Below, in pieces: positions 39,219-48,553 of a DNA stretch of 64,000 bases. The stretch is taken from positions 1,760,001-1,824,000 of the forward strand of contig OY968762.1 in assembly GCA_963695225.1 (NCBI GenBank). The letters run 5' to 3'. The position numbers and the translations under genes were made by a program. The notes under the pieces were generated by a model that worked only from the letters and a program-made list of their open reading frames with translations, ran no database searches and had not been told where the DNA came from. Positions within the stretch are counted from its first letter, which is position 1. Each line of letters begins with the position of its first letter. This DNA is from Vulcanimicrobiota bacterium. Lineage in GTDB: Bacteria > Vulcanimicrobiota > Vulcanimicrobiia > Vulcanimicrobiales > Vulcanimicrobiaceae.

Positions 39219-39779
39219 ATGCGTCCATCGAACGTACTCGCGGTTCTCCTTGCCTCTCTCGTTCTGGGCGCCCGCCCGGCCGGCGCGCAAGTGCAGGTGA
39301 TCATCGGAGGGCCGGACCCGACCCCCGCGCCGCGCACCGCGCATGCGGCACGCGCCCACGCGCAGACCCAGCCGCAGGCTGGAATCCAGGCGAGCAGCGC
39401 GAGTTATTCCGGGTTGGGCGCGGAAGTCGCCGACTACGCGCTCAAGTTCGTCGGAACGCCGTACGTGTGGGGCGGTTCGAGCCCGGCCGGGTTCGATTGC
39501 TCCGGCTACACGCAGTACGTCTACCGCCGATTCGGAATCTCGATCCCGCGAACCGCCGACGAACAGTTTGCCTACGGCAGAGAAGTCGCGGGCGATCCCA
39601 TCCCCGGCGACTTGGTTTTCTTCCAGACGTACGATTGGGGTGCGTCGCACGTCGGCATCTATCTCGGGAACGGCGCGTTCGTGAACAGCATCGGCGCGGA
39701 CGTGCACGTCTCGACCTTCGCTTCGAGCTACTTCACGTCGAGATATCTCGGAGCCCGCCGGTTCACCCGGACCGACTGA
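39219..39779 (+). CDS. NlpC/P60 (C40) cell-wall peptidase
   Basis: Signal peptide; GTPYVWGG, GFDCSG, PGDLVFF, SHVGIY. Confidence 0.93.
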   Translation: MRPSNVLAVLLASLVLGARPAGAQVQVIIGGPDPTPAPRTAHAARAHAQTQPQAGIQASSASYSGLGAEVADYALKFVGTPYVWGGSSPAGFDCSGYTQYVYRRFGISIPRTADEQFAYGREVAGDPIPGDLVFFQTYDWGASHVGIYLGNGAFVNSIGADVHVSTFASSYFTSRYLGARRFTRTD

Positions 39780-39790
39780 GCGCCGGCGCG

Positions 39791-41248
39791 ATGGCGGGCG
39801 CAACCTCCGAACGCGCCGAGGGACCGAACGCGCGCACGCGGGCCGCCCTCGTCATCGGGAGCTTGATCGCGCTGGCGTTCGCTTCGTTCGCGCTCGGACG
39901 CCCGTTCTATCCGCACGGTTCCGGTCCCGTCGATTTCCGCGCCTTCTATTGTGCCGGCGCCGCGGTGGCGGCGCACCGCGATCCGTACCTGACCGAACCG
40001 CTCCGTTCGTGCGAAAACGTGCTGCGGGGGTTTCCCTCCGGACGCGGCTTGGCGTTCGCGATCCCCGCACCGCTGCCCGGGTACTCGCTCGCGCCGCTCG
40101 CGTTGTTGAGCCTCCTGCCATATCCGGCGGCGACGGCGCTCTGGACCGCGCTCCTGCTCGCGAGCTTCGCGTTGACCGCGATCTTGCTGGGACGCCTTTG
40201 CACGCGCCGCATCGAGACGATCGTGGCCGCGCTCGCCCTCGCTACGGCGCTCGACGTCTACGTCGGACAACCCGTTCCGATCGTCTGCGCCGCCGTCGTC
40301 GCGGCGGCGTTTCTCGCTTCCCGCGGGCGCGACCGCTCGGCCGCGTTCGCCGCGGCGCTCGCGATGCTCGAGCCGAATATCGGCCTGCCGGCCTGCCTCG
40401 CGCTCTTCATCGCTCGCCCTCGTTCCCGTGCCGTCTTGGCGGCGTGCGGTGCGTTCCTCGCCGCGCTCTCGGTCGGGCTGCTCGGAATCGGCGCGAACGT
40501 CGAATACCTGCGCGCCGTGCTGCCCGCGCACGCGCTCAGCGAGATCTCGCACGAGGGTCAGTACAGTTTGACCTATCTCGCGCATCTCGCCGGGCTCGAC
40601 GAACGTTCCGCGAGCGCCCTCGGGACGCTCTCGTACGTCGTCATGCTGGGGATCGGCATCGCCGCCGGGCGGCTCGCCGCCGCTCGCACCGGGGAGGTCG
40701 CGCTCGCCGTGCTCGTTCCGGTCGCCTTGGCGGTCTTCGGAGGCCCATACATCCACGTGCAGCAACTGGCGATGGCGATCCCGGCGGGGCTCGTCTTGAG
40801 TTCGGGCTCGGCACGCGCCGCGCGCTCGTGCGCCGTCGCCGTCATCCTGCTCGCCGTGCCGTGGTCGGCGACGCTCTTCATGGAGCTATGCCTCCCGCTC
40901 GTCATCGGCGCAACGTTCGTCCTCGCGCTGGACCTCCTCGAGCTTTCGCCGCCGTACGCCGCCCTCGCGAGCGCTGCCTCGGCGGCGCTGCTCCTCGCGC
41001 TCTTCGCTGCGTGGGCCGCGCCGGCTCCGCCCCAGATCGCGGTCCCCGATCCGCGCGAGGGGGCCGCGCTCGCCGAAGCGGGCTGGCGAACGTACGTCGA
41101 GGCGAACTTCCACGCGAACGCCGTCCCGTATGCGTTCGCCAAGGTGCTCGCGTGGTGCGGCCTCGTCCTGATCGCGCTCGCTTCGCTCGAACGCGCGCCG
41201 CGGCCCCAGGCACGCCCGCAGCCGCAGCCGGTTCGCAATGCCGGCTGA
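39791..41248 (+). CDS. GT87/DUF2029-like membrane glycosyltransferase, copy 1
   Basis: DFRAFYCAG, DPY, PAPLPGY, GQ, EP, many TM helices. Confidence 0.7.
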   Translation: MAGATSERAEGPNARTRAALVIGSLIALAFASFALGRPFYPHGSGPVDFRAFYCAGAAVAAHRDPYLTEPLRSCENVLRGFPSGRGLAFAIPAPLPGYSLAPLALLSLLPYPAATALWTALLLASFALTAILLGRLCTRRIETIVAALALATALDVYVGQPVPIVCAAVVAAAFLASRGRDRSAAFAAALAMLEPNIGLPACLALFIARPRSRAVLAACGAFLAALSVGLLGIGANVEYLRAVLPAHALSEISHEGQYSLTYLAHLAGLDERSASALGTLSYVVMLGIGIAAGRLAAARTGEVALAVLVPVALAVFGGPYIHVQQLAMAIPAGLVLSSGSARAARSCAVAVILLAVPWSATLFMELCLPLVIGATFVLALDLLELSPPYAALASAASAALLLALFAAWAAPAPPQIAVPDPREGAALAEAGWRTYVEANFHANAVPYAFAKVLAWCGLVLIALASLERAPRPQARPQPQPVRNAG

Positions 41249-42638
41249 ACGCAGGCGAAGCGCCCTGGTCATGGCGGGCCTGCTCGCCCTCGCGTCGCTC
41301 TCGTTCGCGCTCGCGCGCGCACATTACGCGTCCGGAGCGTGGGCGCTCGATTTCCGCGCGTTCTATTGCGCCGGAGCCGCCGTCGCAGAGCACCGGGATC
41401 CGTATCTCACGGAGCCGCTGCGCTCGTGCGAAAACGCCGTCCGGGGTTTTCAGCCCGGGCGCGGGTTGCCGTTCGCGCTCCCCGCACCGCTACCGGGCTA
41501 CGCGCTCGCGCCGTTCGTCCTCCTCAGCCGGCTTCCGTTTTCGCTCGCGTCGGCGCTGTGGGCACTGCTCCTGTGCGCGAGTTTCGCCTCGACCGTCGCC
41601 CTGCTCGCGCGGATGAGCGCGCTCGGCGCAGGGACCGTCGTCGCGGCGCTCGCGCTCGGGACGGCGTACAGCATCTCCATCGGACAGATCGTTCCCATCG
41701 TCTGCGCGGCCGCGGTCGCGGCCGCGTACTTCGTCTCCCGCGGACACGACCGCTCCGCGGCGCTCGCCGCGGCCCTGGCGACGATCGAGCCGCACCTGGG
41801 GCTCCCGATCTGCCTCGCGCTCTTCGTCGCACGACCGCGCGCTCGCATCGTCCTGCTCGCCTGCGGCGGGATTCTCGCCGCCCTCTCCGTCGGGCTGCTC
41901 GGGATCGCCGCGAACGTCGAGTTCGTGCGCGACGTGCTCCCGGCGCACGCGCTCAGTGAGATCTCCAACGAGGAGCAATACAGCCTCTCGTACGTCGCGC
42001 ATCTCGCCGGGCTCGACGAGCGCGTCGCGGGCGCGCTCGGAACGTTCTCGTACCTCGCGATGCTCGCCGTCGGCATCGTCGCAGGGCGGGCGGCGGCCGT
42101 TCGAACCGGCCGCGACGCCCTGCTCGTGCTCGTGCCGGCGGCCTTGGCCGTCCTCGGCGGACCGTTCGTCCACGTGCAACAACTCGCGATCGCACTTCCC
42201 GCGGCGCTCGTCCTGTGCGGTCTGCGCGGACGGGAGGCGCGCGCGTGCGCCTTCGCGGTCGTGCTCCTCGCCGTACCCTGGACCGCGAACGACTTCTTGA
42301 CCCTCAACCTTCCGGTCGTCGCCGGCGTGGCGCTCGTCCTGGCGCTCGACCTCTTCGAGCTCTCGCCGCGAGCCGCCGCCTTCGCCGGCCTGGCGGCGGC
42401 GCTCTCGATCGCGCTGCTCGGGGCGATCTCCGTCAACGCGCCCGTCGTGCTCGCGCCGTACGATCCGCGCGACGGCGCGGCGCTCGCCGAAACCGGGTGG
42501 CGCGCCGTCTCGGATGCGAACTTTCACGCCAACGTGGTCCCGCGTGCCCTCACGAAGATGCTCGGATGGTGCGGCTTGATCCTGATCGCGGTCGCGGCGC
42601 TCGGGCGCCGGGGAACGCTAGAGCGGCGCCCCGGCTGA
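41238..42638 (+). CDS. GT87/DUF2029-like membrane glycosyltransferase, copy 2
   Basis: Long blocks shared with copy 1 (DFRAFYCAGAAV, HRDPYLTEPLRSCEN, VLPAHALSEIS, AHLAGLDER, ANFHAN). Confidence 0.7.
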   Translation: MPAERRRSALVMAGLLALASLSFALARAHYASGAWALDFRAFYCAGAAVAEHRDPYLTEPLRSCENAVRGFQPGRGLPFALPAPLPGYALAPFVLLSRLPFSLASALWALLLCASFASTVALLARMSALGAGTVVAALALGTAYSISIGQIVPIVCAAAVAAAYFVSRGHDRSAALAAALATIEPHLGLPICLALFVARPRARIVLLACGGILAALSVGLLGIAANVEFVRDVLPAHALSEISNEEQYSLSYVAHLAGLDERVAGALGTFSYLAMLAVGIVAGRAAAVRTGRDALLVLVPAALAVLGGPFVHVQQLAIALPAALVLCGLRGREARACAFAVVLLAVPWTANDFLTLNLPVVAGVALVLALDLFELSPRAAAFAGLAAALSIALLGAISVNAPVVLAPYDPRDGAALAETGWRAVSDANFHANVVPRALTKMLGWCGLILIAVAALGRRGTLERRPG

Positions 42639-43874
42639 AGGCTCGAGCGCGTGGCAGAGTTCGCGCAAGAACGAAGCGCTGTCCATCACGAGGCCGATCG
42701 TCTGGATCGACCCGCGGTCGGTCAACTTTGTGACGCTCGCCGGGTTGATGTCGACGCAGATCACCTTGCACGAGGCGGGCAGCAGGTTCCCGACCGCGAC
42801 CGAGTGGAGCAGCGTCGCGATCATCAACGCCATGCCGATCTGGGGGACGTAGCGGCGCATCGCGCGCTGCGCCTCGACGACGTCCGCGATCACGTCGGGG
42901 ATCGGGCCGTCGTCCCGGATCGAACCGGCCAGCACGACGGGGATCCCCTTGCGATACGCCTCGTACATGATGCCGTCCCGCAGCATCCCCGAGGCGATCG
43001 CGTTCGCGATGCCGCCGGCCGCGCGCAGGCGATTGACCGTGCGCAGGTGGTGGACGTGCCCCTCGGCGACGGGGAAGGCGCTCGCGAGATCGACGCCTAG
43101 CGAGGTCCCGAAGAACTGCGACTCGATATCGTGAACGGCGAGCGCGTTGCCGGCGAACAACGCGGTCACGTAGCCGTCGCGTATCAGTTGTTGTAAGTAT
43201 TTGCCGGCGCCCGTGTGGACGATCGCCGGCCCGCCGACGACGAGGACGCGCCGCCCTGCCGCCAGGGTCGCGCGCAATTCGCGCGCGACTTCGGCGACGA
43301 GCGATTCCTTCGGTTTCTCGCTCGAGACCGCGCTCGACATGAACTCGAAAACGTCCTTACGGCGCGGCCGTTGCAGCGCTTGGACGCGCACGCCCCCGTG
43401 CCCGACGACGACCGGATCGCCCTCGCGCACGTCCGACGGCGGGACCGTGCGCGCGATTCCGTCGCGCACGACGATCGCGCAATCCATCTCCGGCAGTTCC
43501 ACCGCAATCCAGCGACCGTCGATGCGGACTTCCGTGTCGAGGTTCGTCGTGGCGTAGAATCCCTCGGGGAGGACTCCGTCGCGAGGGACCGCCTCGAGCG
43601 ACGCGTCGTCGTCTTCGAGGACGAACGCGCCGATCGCGCGCAACTTATCGAGCAACTCGTCGAGCGCATCGCCCGAATCGGCTTCGATCACGATCCGCGC
43701 CGTGCTCGGCTCGGTCGCGGTCTTGCCGACGGCGAAATCGTCGATCGTGTAGCGGGCGTGCTCGTTGTCCATGATGATTTCGAGCACGTGGCCGAACACG
43801 CCGGAATCGAGGATGTGCCCGGTGAGTTCGATTTCCTTGACGAATGTGCCGCCGTCACCGGCCAGGATCGACAT
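42618..43874 (-). CDS. TIGR00300 / LOR-SDH-domain protein (ArgZ/AgrE C-terminal-like ornithine cyclodeaminase)
   Basis: GHILDS, DGVLPEGFYATTN, MDC, FEFMSSAVSSEKP, GPAIVHTG, GNALAVHDIE, LAGSIRDDGP, CVDINP..VTKL.DRGS. Confidence 0.88.
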   Translation of the reverse strand: MSILAGDGGTFVKEIELTGHILDSGVFGHVLEIIMDNEHARYTIDDFAVGKTATEPSTARIVIEADSGDALDELLDKLRAIGAFVLEDDDASLEAVPRDGVLPEGFYATTNLDTEVRIDGRWIAVELPEMDCAIVVRDGIARTVPPSDVREGDPVVVGHGGVRVQALQRPRRKDVFEFMSSAVSSEKPKESLVAEVARELRATLAAGRRVLVVGGPAIVHTGAGKYLQQLIRDGYVTALFAGNALAVHDIESQFFGTSLGVDLASAFPVAEGHVHHLRTVNRLRAAGGIANAIASGMLRDGIMYEAYRKGIPVVLAGSIRDDGPIPDVIADVVEAQRAMRRYVPQIGMALMIATLLHSVAVGNLLPASCKVICVDINPASVTKLTDRGSIQTIGLVMDSASFLRELCHALEPSAGAPL

Positions 43875-43956
43875 GCCGCTCCATTTCGTGCCGGCGCTTT
43901 CGCGAGCCCCCCGGGACGCTACGGGAGCGGCGCGGGCGCCCTGGAATCCGAAGCGC

Positions 43957-44787
43957 GTGGGCTTGGTATTCGTCCCGACGCCGCTTGGGAATCTCCGCGA
44001 CCTGACGCTGCGCGCGCTCGACGTTCTCGGTTCGTGCGATCTGATCGTCGCGGAAGACACGCGCGTCACGCGTCGCCTGCTCTCGGCGCATTCGCTCGGC
44101 GGCAAAGAGATCCGGACCTACAACGAGCATACGCCGCCGCGGGCGGTCGCGGGGATCGTCGAACGGGCGCGCACCTCGCTCGTCGCCGTCGTCAGCGATG
44201 CGGGAACGCCCGGGATCTCTGACCCGGGGCGCGAGCTGATCTTGGCGGCGCGTGCCGCGGGCGTCGGCGTCGAAGTGCTGCCGGGCCCTGCCGCGTTCGT
44301 CTGCGCGGCGGTCCTTTCGGGGTTCGATTTGCGCGGGTTCTCGTTCGAAGGCTTCGTCCCGCGCGCCGCGGGAGAGCGTGAAGCCGCCCTTCGGGCCGCG
44401 CTCGCGACCGGCAAGACGAGCGTCTGGTACGAGAGCCCGCAGCGGATCGTCGCGACGCTCGAAGCGCTCGCCGCATTCGCGCCGGAGTGCGACGTCGCGC
44501 TCGTCCGCGAATTGAGCAAGCTCCACGAAGAGCAGATCTTCGGCTCGCCTCGGGCCGTCGCGGCGCGGCTCGAGCGGCCCGTGCGCGGTGAGATCGCGTT
44601 CGCATTGCATCCGGCGCCGCAACCCGCGGCGGCCCCACCGGACTCCGGGGCCGTCGAGGCCGCGATCGATGCGGCGCTACGCGGCGGCCGCTCGACGGCG
44701 GCGGCCGCGAAAGAACTCGCCGCGGCCGGTTTCGGCACGCGCGCGGACCTCTACGCGCGCATCGCGGCTCGAAGGAAGCTAGAGTAG
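43957..44787 (+). CDS. rsmI: 16S rRNA (C1402-2'-O)-methyltransferase
   Basis: VPTPLGNLRD, AEDTR, VSDAGTPGISDPG, FEGF, YESPQR, RELSKLHE; start approximate. Confidence 0.93.
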   Translation: MGLVFVPTPLGNLRDLTLRALDVLGSCDLIVAEDTRVTRRLLSAHSLGGKEIRTYNEHTPPRAVAGIVERARTSLVAVVSDAGTPGISDPGRELILAARAAGVGVEVLPGPAAFVCAAVLSGFDLRGFSFEGFVPRAAGEREAALRAALATGKTSVWYESPQRIVATLEALAAFAPECDVALVRELSKLHEEQIFGSPRAVAARLERPVRGEIAFALHPAPQPAAAPPDSGAVEAAIDAALRGGRSTAAAAKELAAAGFGTRADLYARIAARRKLE

Positions 44788-44846
44788 CGCCTGCCATGCG
44801 GCGCTAAGCCAGGTGCGCCCCCGAACCGGGGCCAAAGGCGTGGGTG

Positions 44847-46373
44847 ATGTCCGCGAACAGCTTCTTCGTCACCACGCCGATCTATTACATCAGCGGAAAC
44901 CCGCATATCGGGCATGCCTACACGTCGATCGTCGGCGACGTCCTCGCGCGCTTCGCGCGCACGCACCGGAAGACGTTCTTCCTGACGGGCACCGACGAAC
45001 ACGGGCAAAAGGTGGCGGCGGCGGCCGCCGCGGCGGGCGCCGATCCGCAGGCCTGGTGCGACCGTCTCGTGCTGAAATGGCAAGATCTCGACGCCCGTTA
45101 CGACGTTGCGTACGACGATTTCATCCGCACGACGGAGCCGCGCCACAAGGAAGCCTGCGTCCTCGCGTTCGAGCGCATGAAAGAGCGCGGCGACGTCTAC
45201 TTAGGAAAGTACGAAGGCTGGTACTGCACGAACGACGAGACGTTTTGGCTCGAGTCGAAGCTGATCGACGGACGGTGTCCCAACCCCGATTGTCGCCGCG
45301 AAGTGCAGTGGCTCTCCGAAGACAACTGGTTTTTCGCATTGTCGAAGTACCGCGATCGCTTGCGCGAATATTTTCTTGACCGCCCGCAGTGGGTGCGGCC
45401 GCAACGTGCCTACAACGAAATGCTCGCGACGATCGAAGGCGGGCTCGACGATCTCTGCATTTCGCGCACGAACCTGGAATGGGGCATCCCGCTCCCCGGC
45501 GGCGGCGTCATCTACGTGTGGCTCGACGCCCTGCTGAACTACATCACGGCGCTCGATTGGGCGAACGACGGCGAGCGCTTCCGCACGTTCTGGCCGGCGA
45601 ACGTCCAACTCGTGGGCAAAGAGATCGCGCGCTTCCACACGATCATCTGGCCCGCCGTCCTCTGGGCGCTCGATCTGCCCGCTCCCGAACTCGTCTACGC
45701 GCACGGGTGGATCACGATCGAAGGCGAGAAGATGAGCAAGAGCCGCGGGAACGTCGTCGATCCGTTCGCGCTCGCCGAGCACTTCGGGCCGGACTCGATC
45801 CGCTATTTCCTCTTGCGCGAAGCGCCGTTCGGCAGCGATTTCTCCTTCAGCGAGGAGAAGGTTCGTTTGCGCCACAACGGCGATCTCGGCAACGACCTCG
45901 GGAATCTCGTGAAGCGTTCGCTCGCGATGGTGCAACGGTATCGCGCGGGGTTCGTACCGCCGCGTCCGGAGCGCTCGCTCTTCGGCGAGCGCTTCGATTC
46001 GCTCGGGGAGCGGGTCGGAGATGCCATCGGCGAACTCGGCTTTCGCGACGCGCTCGAGGCGATTTGGGAGTACGTCACGGCGCTGAACCGGCTCGTGGAC
46101 GAGCGCAAGCCGTGGGAGTTGCACAAGTCCGGCGCCGCGGCTGAACTGGACGCCGTCCTCTACGAGCTCTGTGAAGGCCTGCGCCGCCTGGCGATCTTGC
46201 TCGCCCCGTTCCTGCCGCGCACGGCGGCGGCGATCCGCGCTCAACTCGGACTCCCGCCGCAGGCTCCGGCGGCCTGGGGGGCGGAGCTTCTCTGGGGCGG
46301 GCTACCGCCGGGGATCGAGATCGCGCCCTCGGCCGAGCCGCTCTTTCCCCGCCTCGAACCGCCTGCCGCATAG
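44847..46373 (+). CDS. metG: Methionine--tRNA ligase (short form)
   Basis: TTPIYY..PHIGH, TGTDEHG, YVWLDAL, KMSKS. Confidence 0.97.
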   Translation: MSANSFFVTTPIYYISGNPHIGHAYTSIVGDVLARFARTHRKTFFLTGTDEHGQKVAAAAAAAGADPQAWCDRLVLKWQDLDARYDVAYDDFIRTTEPRHKEACVLAFERMKERGDVYLGKYEGWYCTNDETFWLESKLIDGRCPNPDCRREVQWLSEDNWFFALSKYRDRLREYFLDRPQWVRPQRAYNEMLATIEGGLDDLCISRTNLEWGIPLPGGGVIYVWLDALLNYITALDWANDGERFRTFWPANVQLVGKEIARFHTIIWPAVLWALDLPAPELVYAHGWITIEGEKMSKSRGNVVDPFALAEHFGPDSIRYFLLREAPFGSDFSFSEEKVRLRHNGDLGNDLGNLVKRSLAMVQRYRAGFVPPRPERSLFGERFDSLGERVGDAIGELGFRDALEAIWEYVTALNRLVDERKPWELHKSGAAAELDAVLYELCEGLRRLAILLAPFLPRTAAAIRAQLGLPPQAPAAWGAELLWGGLPPGIEIAPSAEPLFPRLEPPAA

Positions 46374-46388
46374 CGCCTCGACTGCAGC

Positions 46389-47339
46389 TCAGATGTCGAC
46401 GCCGCGATCGTGCAGGTAGCGGCGCAACTCGGGCGTGATCGTCTCATCGGGCGGAGGCGTCCAGCCGGGCAACGGCGCCGCGAGCGGAACGTTCCGCGAG
46501 CCCGTCCCCGCAAACGGGTCGGCATCGGGGCGGAAGCGGACCGGCCACGGGACGCCCTGCCGCTCGACCCGGCCGTCGTCGAATGCGACGTTGCAGGCAA
46601 CGTAGTAGTAATCCCAACCGGCGGCCTCCCAGGACTTGATCGGGTCGCACAGGCCTTCGTAGCCGCTCAACCTCCCGTCGATCCCGAGCATCTCCGTGCG
46701 GTAGTGCTTCGGCGCCGCCGGGGGCGCGTTCGGAACCCGCAAGGGGTCCGCCGCGCTCTTCGCCTGGGCGATCGTCTGCGCGAACGCCCGCTCGAGCCTT
46801 GCGAGCTTCTCGGGAGAGAACGGCGCGCGTTGGGAATCGGCCGGCTCGGCGGGGGCGAAGGCGACGCGGCGCGGCGCGGGCGTCGAGCGGACCCGCGGCG
46901 GATTAGGCGCCCGCTCGCGCGGCGTGGCTTGCGGCGGGGCCGGTTGCGCGGCGAGCTTGTGCGAGGTCAACTCGTGCTTGATCGCGGCGTTCGCTTCGGC
47001 TTTCGGTGCCGGGCGCGGCGCCGGAGCTCGCGCGGAGCGCCGCGCAGCCGGCCGCTCCTGCGGGAGCGGGACGGCGCGACGGTCGATCCGCACGGCGCTG
47101 GAGATCGTCACGAAACGCTCCGTCGGCTCCGGAACCGGGAACGCGTGCAGTTTCGCCAAGCGCGGGGCCGCGAGGAACCAGAGGAGGGCGAGCAAGAGAT
47201 GGACCGCGAGCGAGAGCAGGACCGCAAGCAGAATGAACCGGTCGCCGCGCCGTTCGCGGGATGCGCCGGCGATCAGCCCGACGGGCGCGGCTCCGAACGC
47301 CAACGCATCAACCTCCTTTCGAGTAGCGGGCACGACCAA
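46389..47339 (-). CDS. Membrane-anchored Pro-rich protein (TonB-like architecture)
   Basis: TM with SLAVH motif, Pro/Ala/Arg-rich linker, C-terminal globular domain with two Cys; start uncertain. Confidence 0.55.
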   Translation of the reverse strand: MVVPATRKEVDALAFGAAPVGLIAGASRERRGDRFILLAVLLSLAVHLLLALLWFLAAPRLAKLHAFPVPEPTERFVTISSAVRIDRRAVPLPQERPAARRSARAPAPRPAPKAEANAAIKHELTSHKLAAQPAPPQATPRERAPNPPRVRSTPAPRRVAFAPAEPADSQRAPFSPEKLARLERAFAQTIAQAKSAADPLRVPNAPPAAPKHYRTEMLGIDGRLSGYEGLCDPIKSWEAAGWDYYYVACNVAFDDGRVERQGVPWPVRFRPDADPFAGTGSRNVPLAAPLPGWTPPPDETITPELRRYLHDRGVDI

Positions 47340-47448
47340 ACACGGCCGCGCGAGTCGCGGCGTTTACGGCCATCGTTCCGCGCAACGCTCGGGGGAGGCT
47401 GGGAGCCCGCGGACCGGGAGCTTCATCCGATGAACCGAACGCCGCGGC

Positions 47449-48231
47449 ATGTTCGACTCGCACGCCCACGTTCACGATGCCGCCTTCGACGCCGACCGGG
47501 AGGACGTGCTCGCCCGCGCGCGCGCCGCGGGCGTGCGGCGCATCCTCACCGTCGGTTGCGACCTCGCGGATAGCGCGCGCGCCTGCGCGGCGGCGAGCGT
47601 CTACGGCCTCGACTGGTCCGTCGGAATCCATCCGCACGAGGCGAAAGACGCGCCGCCCGACGTCGCGGCGGCGTTTGACCGGTTGCGCTCCGAAAGCGCG
47701 CTCGCGCCGCGCGCCGTCGGCGAGATCGGGTTGGACTTCTACTACGACAACAGCCCGCGGGAGCGCCAGCGGGAGGTCATGATCGAGCAGTTGCGTTACG
47801 CCCGCGCCGGCGGGCTTGCGGTCATCTTCCACCAGCGCGACGCATTCGACGAGTTCGTCGCGGTCCTGCGGGATGAGTTCCTCCCCGGGATGCGCGGGGT
47901 CGTCCACTGCTTCACGGGCGACGCCGAACAAGCGACGCTCCTCACGGGGGAATTCGACCTCTTCCTCGGCATCGGCGGCGTGCTGACGTTCAAAGCGGCG
48001 GGGAAACTCCGCGAAGCCGCCGGAGCCGTGGGCATCGAGCGCCTGCTGCTGGAAACGGACTGCCCCTATCTGGCCCCGGTGCCGCACCGCGGGCGCAGGA
48101 ACGAGCCGGCGTTCGTCGCGGACACCGGTGCGGCGCTCGCGGCCCTGCTCCAGCTTCCCCTATCCGAAGTCGTCTCGCGCACGACCGCGAACGCCGAGAA
48201 GCTCTTCGGCGCGCCCGGGCCGGACGCGTAG
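47449..48231 (+). CDS. tatD: TatD-family deoxyribonuclease
   Basis: DSHAH, GIHPH, VGEIGLD, HCF, ETDCPYLAP. Confidence 0.95.
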   Translation: MFDSHAHVHDAAFDADREDVLARARAAGVRRILTVGCDLADSARACAAASVYGLDWSVGIHPHEAKDAPPDVAAAFDRLRSESALAPRAVGEIGLDFYYDNSPRERQREVMIEQLRYARAGGLAVIFHQRDAFDEFVAVLRDEFLPGMRGVVHCFTGDAEQATLLTGEFDLFLGIGGVLTFKAAGKLREAAGAVGIERLLLETDCPYLAPVPHRGRRNEPAFVADTGAALAALLQLPLSEVVSRTTANAEKLFGAPGPDA

Positions 48232-48234
48232 CCG

Positions 48235-48483
48235 CTAGTCTTCTCCGTCGCGGGCCGGCGCTGTTCCGGTCAAGATCGACCGCTGCGCCCGCCCGGCGGA
48301 CCGGGCGTGTCGCGCTTGACCGATCGGCGTCGGCGGCGTCAGGGTCTTTCGGGGCGCCGGCCGCGACCGCGAGAACAGCCGGCCCAGCCAGCGTGCGAGC
48401 ATGCCGCGCAACGAGGTGCGGCGTTCGACTTCATCGCGCACGCGCTTGGACCAGGAGGGTCCGGAACTGTTGGCCAGCGGCAT
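48235..48483 (-). CDS. Small hypothetical protein, probably leaderless
   Basis: TATGAT -10 box 6 nt before the ATG; amphipathic helix-like core. Confidence 0.4.
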   Translation of the reverse strand: MPLANSSGPSWSKRVRDEVERRTSLRGMLARWLGRLFSRSRPAPRKTLTPPTPIGQARHARSAGRAQRSILTGTAPARDGED

Positions 48484-48553
48484 ACCCCGATCATAGCGCG
48501 GCCGGGGCGTCGCGGCCATATGCACGCGGTGTGAAGCCTCGCCTCCGGCCAGG

